Below are positions 8,625 to 20,600 of a stretch of 64,000 nucleotides of DNA, one piece after another. The DNA comes from Candidatus Omnitrophota bacterium (lineage in GTDB: Bacteria > Omnitrophota > Gorgyraeia > Gygaellales > Profunditerraquicolaceae): contig JBAZTA010000004.1 of NCBI GenBank assembly GCA_041662125.1, positions 64,343-128,342 of the forward strand, given 5' to 3'. The position numbers and the translations under genes were made by a program. Within the stretch, counting starts at the first letter, position 1. Every line of letters starts with the position of its first letter. Below the pieces are notes generated by a model. The model was not told the origin of the DNA. It made no database searches and saw only the letters and a program-made list of their open reading frames with translations.

Positions 8625-11600
8625 TTATTGTTCTATTGTCACCGGCTCCTTAGCCGTAAACGCGATCTTTGTAAGGGCAACCTGCAAGTCACCTGCCGGC
8701 TTATCCGATTCCAATAAAGCCAGGAAATCCCTGAAAGCCGATTCAGTAGGTTTAAGTTGATCTTCTTCCAGCCTTAAGATATCCGCGATGCAGGCAAGCA
8801 CTTTTTCAACCTGCGGGTTAATATCATCTTTGAAACAACAAGCCTCTAAATATTCCTTGATCCTGTCGCTGGCGGGAATAATCCCTGCCTGGATCATATC
8901 TTGTATTTGCTGCCATTCTTCATTGAGATTAACATTCTCGAAACGGCTCAAAGGCGGTACCACATTCATCCCCGGGACATTCATCGGCTGCGTGACAATA
9001 GGCAACGCTCGCAAATCAATACCTCCGGGCTTAAGCGGGCTTGAAGATAACAATTTGACTGAAGAACCGGATTTTTTGAGTTCAAATGATCCAGCTAACT
9101 CTTTGTTTAAAACATTTCGCACCTCTGCTTGCCCCTGAGGATCAACAATAATATCTACTGCATTTTCTGAATACGGTATTTTCTCCATGACTTTAACACC
9201 GGTGGAATTTAAATATTTTTCAATATCAGTTACATTCAAAACCCCCGCTATTTCATTTGCGGGATAAATAATGAAAGCATTCCAGTCGCCGCTATTCATA
9301 AAAGGCCCTAAAACGCGTTCAATGTATGCGTGCGTCTTTTCTGCCATAGGCGCCAAATGAGCAAGCGCCATTTCCCCGGTCTGCGTATTATACCCTGCGA
9401 CCGCCATACAGGTGATCAAACTAGCGATGCAAGGCTTTTGTCCTATTCCCTGGGTTTTATCCGGGGCTACAATATCAGGGGTTAACTTCAATTGTTCCGC
9501 GACACCCTTCATTTGTCCTTCCCGCCTCTGCTGTCCACCTGCCTCTTGCATCATTTCTCCTACACTTTCCACACCCTGGGTCAACGCAACTTCAAGGAAT
9601 TGTTGATAAAGCTTTACCATATTCTCATCAGTGTCGGCTTTCCTAAGATTTACTTCCTGGCTGCCATAGACCCAACGTATCAACCATTCCTGATGGCCCG
9701 ACAAAGACGCTTGCGTATCTTCAAAAAGGCCTAACCTGCCCGGCACGCCATTCTTTTCAACAGAGTGATATAATGAGTGAAATTCTTTAAACTCTTCCAT
9801 AAGAGATCCCAAAGAAGGGATATTTGATAACGGCGACCCCGCAGATTGATTTTTTGAAAGAACAAAAATAGGAGGAGCTTGATTATCCGGGCTTGCATTA
9901 ATTCTTCCTATGAGCATATAAGGCTCTACCAACTTCAGGTCTGCGAAATCCCCCCATTCATTATGCAAAAATTCGAAAACAGCCGGGAATATTTCATCTT
10001 CCCTTAATTCTCCCCGCGCCCTTAATTCTTCAGACATAAGATTGCAAGCCTTACTTATAATTAAGGAAAAACTATTGAGAAGCTTAAACGGCGCGACGCT
10101 ATAATCATAGTTCTCGATTATTTGAGCGACTTCTTGATGATACTCAACATATACCGCAATATCTATATCGCTGAACGATGAATCATAAACACCCTTAAAT
10201 CCGTTATTTTTAAGCCTGCCTCCGGTCATATAAAGCCTCATTTCACCGGGATCCGTAATACCTAATTCTTTGAGAAAGTTCTGCGCCTCTTCTAAAATCA
10301 ACCGCCCGGCCCTTAATAAATTATCGCCGCTAAAAACAGTGACAAAACTACGAGCGGAACTCCTGGCTATCCGGTCGGAAGAATCAAACTGCCCCCGGGT
10401 AAAGGAGAGCATATCCTGTATCTTGGCTTTAACCACAGCCTCCTCTTCAGGAGTTACTCCTTCAAGAAAGCCGGAATTTTCTGTATTAGCTATCGGGCTG
10501 CTGGTGGTTTTCGTCATCTTAAACATGATCCGACGCGATAATTCCTTGTCCCAAGAATGAACCGCAAGCTCTACAGCCCTTAAACCGGGAGGAACAAATT
10601 TCCGGCTTTCCAGCGTATTACCAACTATAGCGATCCCGATATCTGATAAATGATCCTCAATGCCGTTTAAAAGACGCGTATAATCTGTCACGCCTATTTG
10701 ATAAGCTCCCTCCATTTTAACCTGCGAATCATATACCGCATTGGGCGAATTAAAATAGATAAAATCATACTTACCGCTTACTGTTTCAAATTCCTTCTCC
10801 TTTTCCACTTTATGCACAAAAACTTCCGCATCATTGCTCCCGGGGAATAAAAGGTTAAGATTAAATTTCGTATTCTCCACCGCTTCTTGAAGTATATCAA
10901 TGGCATCAATGCGTATGCGTAACCCCGCGTCTTTTACCTGGGCATAGGCAGTCAACGCATCGACCCCGGTCCCCGAACCGATCACTAATATACGAATACT
11001 ATCTCTACCCTGAGACTTCAATTGTTTTATAACAGCCGGCAATGCTTCTTTATCTTTAATAAACTCCGCGGAATATAAAGAAAGTCCATAGTCAAAAACC
11101 GGAGAATAAACAGCCGTATGGCGCGCCATGACCCCTTTATACATAAGCTTTCTTAACATGCGGTAAGCTTCCTGGTCACGGGTACCGCCGATAACCTGAT
11201 ACTCATTTTCTTTAATTATTTCTTCTAATGCGGCAATTTCCTCTTTTTCTTTTAACACCGGCCTGCGCAAAATCCGGCTTATATACCCTGAGATAATCGG
11301 CGAGCCGGCGGCAACGGTATCAGAACTAAGATTTTCAACTCTCTTCAACGCATCTACCACAACACCAAGGATCTCAGAAAGCCCTAATAAGCTTATTTCG
11401 GTATCCAGGCGCATAAAATGAACATTTTTAAAAAACGCATATTTTTCCTGTAACTTTACAATATTTTCTTTGTTGATGAAAAAGGTCCCTCCCCTGAAAT
11501 CAAAAACAATATCAACTTGTCCCGGCTCATACGCTGAAAGTTCTTTTAAAAATTTATCTAACGTTGCGCCTGTATTGATATCGTTTTCACAGAGTATTAC

Positions 11601-14600
11601 TTTTTTCCCGCGTAATTCTTCCGGATTGATCGGACGGCCGGTACGGCTGTCTTTCCTCCAGGCAAAATCAGGCCGGCCCACCCTTGTTTCCCCGTTCACA
11701 TGAACATCGGCTAACGTTGTCGCAAGCCCCATTAAATCAAACATGGCCGCAGTAAAAGCGCCTGCGCCAGCAATACCAATAGCAATATCATATACCTGGT
11801 TCAGATCCCGCAGCTGTTTTGATTGCGTATCGTATCGCAAATCATAAATTGCAAGAAGCGACTTTAGCCACTTGTAAACAAGGATCTCTGAATCAGCTAA
11901 ACCAAATCGTTTTTTCATATACGACTGTTCAACAAAACCGTTCACTATCTTTTCCTTTATTTCATCATTAAACATATCTTGATGCACAAGGTACCGGAAT
12001 TCCAACCCCTGGATTATAGTATCGTAATTATCTCCTTCATTATTCTTTATATCGTTTTTCAAGTTATCAAATCTTATCTTTACCTGCAACAAGTCCTCAG
12101 CCGAAACCGCTGATTTTATATCAGCCATCAGTATCTCTAACCGGGGAGAATATTTTTGAAGTTTTTCTTTTTCGCTCGCGGAGGAACTCGCGAGATTGCC
12201 TTGAGCCAACGGCGAGCCGGCTGATCTTGTTTCAAACCGCTCTGCTCTCCTGAGCCATTCGGAAATCTTCTTTTGATCGCCGTCACCGACTTCCACTGCA
12301 CCGTTATCTTTTGAATGCACAAGCAATATCTTGCGCTGCTGACCGAGCGCCTGTAAAAATTCAGAGCCTTCCACTGCTTTTTGCAATTGATCTACGGTAA
12401 GATGAAAACCCGCCGGAAAACCATTTTCTGAGATAAGGATTGAGTTTTCTCCATTGGGGTCCTGAGTTTTTAGTTTGTCCGCTGCCCAGGTAAAATCATC
12501 CATAGAGCTGGTATCAACAACATAGCCAATATTGCCCATGTTAGAAGTAACCACAAAACCATAGGTAGCAATAGGGTGGCTTTGATGATTACGAAACACG
12601 ATTGTTACACCTAACCCTTTATCAATAAATTCTATCTCATCTTTCCCGTTTTTCTCAAAACCACGCTCAACTTTCTCATTCTGTAATAATGCTCTTGCCC
12701 ATTGCCGGGAGAAGCCTTGAGCCTCTTGGAGAGTCCTCTTTTCATAAGTTTCTCCACCAAGCAAGTAAGCCGCGATGACTTCTATTAAGTCATCTTTTAC
12801 TTCTTGCGTCATAATTAAATCGTATGTATTGATTTTTCCATTAGCCTTTCTTACAATGTATTGCATGTTTTTTCCCTGGCCCTCTTGTGCCGCTTCAATT
12901 TTCGATTCAGAGAATTGCTCAATAATGAATTGCACAAATCCGGCATTATGGTCAGTGTGATTATGCGTCAATATCCAACGAGAGGGGAGTAATTTTTCCG
13001 CCTTGAGATTAACGTATGCTTCAAGTGAAGGATCCACAAAAATACTTTCTGTTCCGATATTGATAAGAAAATTGGTCACATCTTCTTCTGACAAGGCATC
13101 ATTGACGCCCATAAACGTAACCGACACCGTACCTGCAGGACGATTGTGATATCGATCAAACTGTTCCGGCGTAAAATTCCCTGTTTTATGGACGTGTTCA
13201 TCCTTATTTGTATCGCGTTTACGAGAAACTATCTCCTGCTCTTTTACCTCATTGCCATAACGCTCTATAAATTTATAATTTTCTCCATCTTTTACAACCT
13301 CGACCTCCACATCTCTACCATCTTCACTTAAAACCGTAAATTTCGTCTTGTTTTCCAAGTTTATAATGTTATACGGATTATCTTTTTCCAGTGCCAAGGC
13401 GCTCACCAAAGAAGCGACAAAGCCGTTACTTTTCTTGATCGCAAGGTCTAAAAGCATCTGCACAGCCAAAGCCTCTCGTTCATTATTAACGACAATATAG
13501 GTCGGCCTGATTGCCAAGTTGTCCACCAGTCGAAAACCCTTGGCCTTCAACGATTCATCATTTTTTGGCACAGAAGAAACACGAGAAGCCTCGTAAAATA
13601 GATTACCGAATAAAATAAACTGCAGGTCAGCGCCGTCATAGCCTTGTCCAAACCCAGGGATAACAATTTGTGGGGTTTCCTGCTGTTTATTACTAAATGA
13701 GGGGGAGCCGTTTACAACGACCAGCTTTGATAGCGCAAGCTCACTTCGCGATCCCTCTTCCGCCTTATTTTGCAGCGGCGAGCCGGACGATCTCTGTCTA
13801 AGATTATAACCAAAAACCTGCGCTGCGAACGAAGCAGATTCGCTCAAAAATGCTTCCCGCAATGATGGGTGATTGCGTTTCTTGAGCTCTTCCTGAGCGA
13901 ATTCCTCAATAACTTCACCGGAGACTCCTACGGGCATTTTCTTGACGATCTCACCTGCCATCTTTTTTGCAACGTTGGATGTACAATCTAAAAACAACCT
14001 TGCAACTATTTCCTGGCCGCTGAAATTTGCAAAAGGTGTTAAAGCGATAAAGTTATTTTTTATTTCTTCGAAATTTGCTGAACGGATAGCGGCGTAAAGA
14101 AACTGGCGCAGCGGCATTTTCTTGTAAGCCGCTAATTCCATACATAACCCGGCAAAAACGCTTGTTTCTCCAACAATATCCAAGACTTTCTTTTCCTTTG
14201 AGTAGCATAAATTCTCCGCGGGAATATCCATTATATTATCGCCGCTGACAATATAACTGCAAAGCTCGTCGCGAAAACGCCTGAATCCTCGCGTTAGTTC
14301 CTCGCCCTGTTCATTAATATTCTTAAGGGAGCCTGTCCTTTCAAGGAAAAACCATATAATGTGGCTTAATTCATGCATGATATTTTCCTTCTTGAAATCA
14401 CCGGCTGATTTAATGATAAAACTGGGCTCCTGGGGCTTTGAACGCAGATGAGCAACTGCCTGGCTGCTCGCAAGCACTCCTCCGACTTTTTCCGAAAACT
14501 GCTTATAATAACCGGCGTCTATCTCTAAAACCGGAATTCCCGCGTATCGGGTAAAGCTAATCTTCCCCTGCGCTTCGGCAATAAACGCATCGGCTTTATC

Positions 14601-17600
14601 TGTCGTAATCCCTTCTGAAACTAAAAACATCCTCAAAAGCTCCTGGGGCTGTATAACTTCCGCTTGAGCATTATTTTTCCTTAATTCAACCTCTAATTTC
14701 TCAACGGCTTTTTGATAGAAATTTCTGAGGCCGGCAGGAAAACCTGACTCCGCGATAAGTACGAGTATTTTTGCTTCTTTTTCTGCCTCTGAACTATTTT
14801 CTAAAAGGATCTCCAGCGCCCCGCTATAAAAGCGGCCATGGAAATCCGCAAGCTTCTGTAAATATCCAGGGTTCAGTGGACTTTTATTTTGCAGTGGCGA
14901 AGCGGATGCTTTCGCTGATACCGCAGATCCGGTGGAGAATGGCTGCTGCAATAAAACTTCGCGGTAATCTTTTAAGCTTTGAATATCCTCCTTAAGCATT
15001 TCTCTATCAGATGTATCCAATGAATCGCCAAACCCAACCAATATCCTTGCCAACGCTTTCTCAAGCTTATCAATGACACTTTTAACCTGTTCGACTTTTG
15101 AAGGTTCCCCCTGATACTTTGCTTTTAGCGGCCAGCTTTCCTGATCATATACAAACAGAGGTTCAAGATATTCATTTTTTAAATCGCGTAACCTGCTGAT
15201 CGCGACAATTGCTTTTTCTTTCTGCACAACTTCCCGCTCAAGACTTTGTACCATTTCAAGCCGCGGGATGCTTCCGTAAATCGAAGATTTATCTCCCATG
15301 CTCAATAAAACAGGATTAAACGCCCATTCGTTATTCAACCCAAACGGGTTCTCCTTAACAGGTTCGCGAAAAGAAACAAACCCATCAAATGAAACGCTCA
15401 AATCGCCTCTTCCCGCGGGTAAAATCACTAACCCAACCTCAGATGATCTTTCAATTTCAGGCTCAAACTGATCAGCAGCAGCATCGATAGTAAACCATTG
15501 AGACCCCAGCTTGAATAATCCATACGCATGATACCCTGGCTCTCCCTTATTTTTACCCGTATTAACCAAAACCGCGCTTTCTTTACCAAGGGCTTCCTGC
15601 AGCCACTGGATAACATCCCCGTTCCTAAGCCAGCAGTCATAGCGCACCGCGCTACCAACATCACCGTCTCTCGAATAAGCCTCTTTTTTATCTTTTTCTT
15701 CTAATTTCTCTTTTACTGCCTTAAGCGCAGCCAACACCTTATCCAGCGCTTGTTGATCAACCCCCTTTAAATAATCTCCCCAGCGCGCCATAAAATTTTC
15801 AGGAGTAACCTTAACTCCTTGCAAAAAGTTCCCAAATGTTTGCCAATCAAGGGACACCTCAGCAGCCTCTAAAGAAGCATCTACCGGCGAAGAAGAATTC
15901 TTCACAATCGGGGTTGATTTTAACACTCCGCTCAATTCTTTTTCAATAATGCCCCGGGTATTATTCATATCACCTGACTCGATCATTGCTTTAATCGCGC
16001 GGATCAAAGGCTCATGCTCAACGATCTGACCGTGCCCCTCTGACCCCAGGGCAATCGTAAAAGCTCTTTGTAAATATTCTTGATATTCCGGAGTACGGGG
16101 AGCGTGATAATCATCTTGCACCGCAAAAGACAAAAGGGAATTGACGGAATCCTCAAATCTTGCTTCCCGTCCGCGATTATTCATCTGTGTATTTCCCGGA
16201 TCCTGCGCGCGGGCTATTTCGCGCTGGTCCTGAAATCCTACTAACGCGACAAGCCCCATGGCTATCTGCGGCAGGACCTTAGATGCGCCTGTTGCTTTTA
16301 TCGACCCAAAAGGCGTAGCTGCCAGCTCAATAACCGAGGTTTTACGAAACATCTCTGCGGCTTGGCCACTTGCATTAAGTACTCCATCCCGCAGAATTTT
16401 AGCGCCGTAAGAATGGGCAACAATAACCGTTTCATTCTCCCGATCAGTACCGATATAAAGACTAAGCTGCCTCGATAAAAGAGCGGAAACATCATTGATT
16501 TTATCGAAATAGTTGTATGAAAAAACAGCCAAATTAAATTTACCTTCGAATTCGGAAAGAAATTTATTAAAATAGGATGGAGAGCCATCAGCGCCATGAA
16601 TGAATACAACTGTCGGCCTATCCTGTTGAAACGCGCCTACCTGATATAAGCCCGGAACGCGGGGGATATGCATACTCAGTACGTCTCTGAGGCTCACCTG
16701 GCTTTGCTGTGGCGACTCTATCCGCCCGGAAACACTCAAAGGATAGTTTTGTTTTATTAACGGCCCGCACCCCAATGTCGAAATAGACAACAATACTGTG
16801 CCAAACAATAAAACCGCTGTTTTCTGATACCATGAAGCTTGGCTCAGGGGAGAGGCAGCTGAATCGCTTATAGGAGAGCCTGCTGATCGCTTTTGAGTTA
16901 CTTGTATGCGGTATAAAGAACCATTCTCATCAATAACTAATAAAGCCTTTCTATCAGAAGTAACGCGCAGCATATCATGGTTAGCAGTAAATTTTCCTGT
17001 TTCTCCAACGTATCCCACATATAAAAGCTTCTTTCCTTTATAAATTATATCTCTGGAACCCGTCATCACGAGAATGTTGTCTTTGAACCCATCAAGAAAG
17101 CCTTGAGGATTGGGGCCCTGCACGTTTAAAGTAAGTCCTTGGTATTCGGCTAATTCGGGGCTGACCACATATTGCAAAGTAAGTTCCCAAACTTTTCTGG
17201 CTCTTTCATAATCAAGTATGCGCGAAGATTCATTCCACTCTTTTTTTAAATCACTTTGCGAATATTGGCGCGCTGCGTCTTGCGTTTGTTGTCCGTATGA
17301 TTGGCCTTGTACCGGTGAGATCAAAGGACTAACGGGGTTTATAAGCAGCGTCACAGCCAGGATAGCAGCTGACAAGAATTTACTGATCCCGTTCTGCCCC
17401 GGAGCTACCAATGCTGAAGATGCTTTTACCGGCGAGCCGAAAGATTGATTTTCTTCCGTTACAGCTTCTGCGGCGCCTGAAACAAAATAATGCCTGATCC
17501 CATCAGCAATATTCTTCGATCTTTTCTTAAAAGAGCCTTTCTCCTCCATCAGTTTTTCAACGGTATCATTCGTAACCCTCGGGTCCTGATATTGATAAAG

Positions 17601-20600
17601 CCGCTCCTGAAGCTTTTTTAGCTGCTCAGAGGAGAGCAGGACCATGAGTCGAGGCAATATCTTTTCCACATTAGACGCAGAAACCCCATAATAAAAGAGC
17701 ATTTCAATAATAAACTCATCAAGAGAGCCCGGGATAGTTTTGCCCGGGTCAATTATCCTCAGCGCCCCCGTTTCCTTCTCAAGCATAATATTATTACTAT
17801 GCAGGTCCAAAGACATCCTGCCGTCAAGGACAATTTGCTTATTCAAAACGAAAAAATACCTGGCTAAGAACTCGCTCACGTTTTTTGCCAGCGTTTCAGT
17901 AATAATATTCTTATTGGGCTGCGTTTCACTCAATATCTTATAATCCTTATCCCATCTCAATAAAGCATCCAGCAGCTCAACTAAAGAATCCAAAAAAGCA
18001 GCATTTTTTGCAACCATTAACTGCACCGTCCTTATTTTCATAAGGGTGCTTTTTACTTGCTCTGCGGCATCTCCCGTAGTTATACGCTCTTGCCTCAACA
18101 ATCCTTGCACAATATTTCTTAATTCTTTGTTGCCGGCGATTAAGCCGCACAATGTATCGACCTGCCCCAGCGTAAATCCATCCACAAACTCTTCAACAAG
18201 CACTGTCAGGTATTCGCCGGAATCAAATTTCGTCTCGGAATACTCATATCCACCGGGGGCCGAAGAATTAGCCTGCAAATAAAACACTTTCCCCAGATTG
18301 GGGACAAAACCCGTGCCCCAAAGATCGTTCAGGACCTCTTCTTCTCCTTCTTCAAACATCGCCTCATTTTGAGCCGGCAATTTCAGCGCTACGCTGAAAG
18401 CCTTAACCTCTCCATCATTATTAACGATATCGACCTTAAAAGCATGTTTATTCGCTCCCGACGCAAGATAACCTATGGAAAGTTTTGCTATATCAGCGAA
18501 TGTAAAATTAAAACTAAGCTTTGCCAGAATATCATTTATACTATCCGGCTTATATTTCGCCAGAAATTGTGTGACTTTTTCTGCCTCCCGAGCAACTTTC
18601 CCCTGTTCTGCCGCAGACAAGACGGCCCCTTCCCCCCATGTTCCTCCCGGAGAGGTCATCCTCGATTCAATAATAGGCCCCAGATTATCGGCAGAATCGC
18701 TCATCGGCGAGCCGGCGGATTTTCTTGATGAAAAAAACGATAAGTCAGCGATTGGCCGGTTATCCCAGGACTGAAGATCATTCTGGGATGTCCACTCTTT
18801 AATGGAAGCCGCCATTTGACGGGCACCGGACTCCAAGAATTTCCAAACCATATCCGGAGTAATCGCCAATAGTTTTTTATCATTAAGGGAAACATCACGG
18901 TATTGCGCATTTTCAGGCCATAGCTCTTTCTTATGAATAATATTTTGGATATCTTCCTTATGGCTCAGAATGAACGCGCTTATTTTTTCAGCTGCCTGGA
19001 TATACGCTTCCTTATTCCCCCGCAAACGGTAACCTTCCCCATTATAAGAATGTTCAATATCCTGAAAGTCTCTTTGGTAATAAAGCGGAGCCAAAGCAGT
19101 ATCAAAATCAAAAGGTATTAATGCGCCGTCTTTACTAAGATATTCCCGGTCATTTTGATATAACAAGAGGCCGCAATACATGTCAAGAAGGGCATTATTT
19201 TTTAACGCGGCTATGTTTTGCGATTCTTCCTGGTCACCAAGTAACCTGCTTTTTACCGCGGCCGCTCCCGGGATATATTCCGTCGCAATTATACTCTCTG
19301 AGCTCTCATCCAATGTGAAGACGCGGACCAGAGGCAATAAGACCGAAGAGCCCTGGAACGATCTATCTTTCAGCATTAACGCAAGCAACTCGCGGGCGAA
19401 CAAAGACCTTTTCCCGTTCTCCCGCAAAGTATAATAAATTGCCGTATCTTCGCTTTGAACCATCATTGCGGTATTTATTTCATTTTTTGCGACAAAGAGT
19501 TTTAAGGATCCCGAAGCATTCTCTTCTCCTTCAATTGCGATAACATTAAAACCTTTACTCGAATCCAAAGACAAGCCCTTAACGAGTGATTCGATGTTTT
19601 GTTGTTTACCTGACCCGGGGACCTGGGCAATAATCCATATCTTTTTCCCATCACCGATTGTTTGCCGCCAAGGATCTTTTGGCAATACTGTAGCAGGAAC
19701 ATATCCGTTCTTTAGAGCCAGGGAAACGGTTTTTTCATCAGCAATGGGCGAAGAGCTCTTTTTTACTTTTACAGCCGGCTTTATAGGAGGTGTTTTGACC
19801 GGCGCCTTAAGAGACGTTTTAACAGGCGCCTTAATTGAAGCTTTCACAGGAACAGGAGCTGCTTTCACAGGGCCGGGAGATTTTTGTTGAGCAGGCTGAT
19901 CAACCTGTCCATTCTTGAGGGCAGCCTCAGCTACTGAGGCTATAACATAATAATCAAAAGATTCTTGCGGAACTGCTTTCTTAAAAACGACCATGGGGCC
20001 TGCGTTATAGATAATGCTGCTACGCTGCGACCTGGAAAGATTAAAAAAATGAGGAGATTTATGGCTCAGGAAATCGACATATCTTTGAACCCGAAAACAG
20101 TAAATAGCCGCCCCTAATTCATAATGCGCCTTTGCAGGGAGCTTATCCATCGTTGCCCCGAACGGGTTTTTTTGTTTGGCATCCTTTTTGTATTTCTTAT
20201 ATATATCCCCATATTTCTTGAATGGCTTTAATATTTCATATGCGGCCCTTTCTTCTTTTGTCATTTTATTTGTTTTATTTACTTTGTCATTTTCTTCTTT
20301 TTGCGCCAATTCGTCTATAAACTGCATTAAATCTCTAAAAGCTATCTCTCTGATCTGCATCAACCCTTTAGCCCCTTGAGAAGAGGTAGCTGTCAGGACT
20401 TGCCCTATATTTTCAATACCGGCAATGATCTCCAAATGCACAGGCATTACTTCTTGCGAAATAACATTGCTTGCCTTTCCTTTTTCTACCATATTCCTAA
20501 AAACTGTCCGGGCCTCTTTCGACAATTTATTTCTAACAACCCCGACAACTGCGGCAGACCTCTGAAGTACTGCTTTATTGATACCGGTGAAATTATTCGC

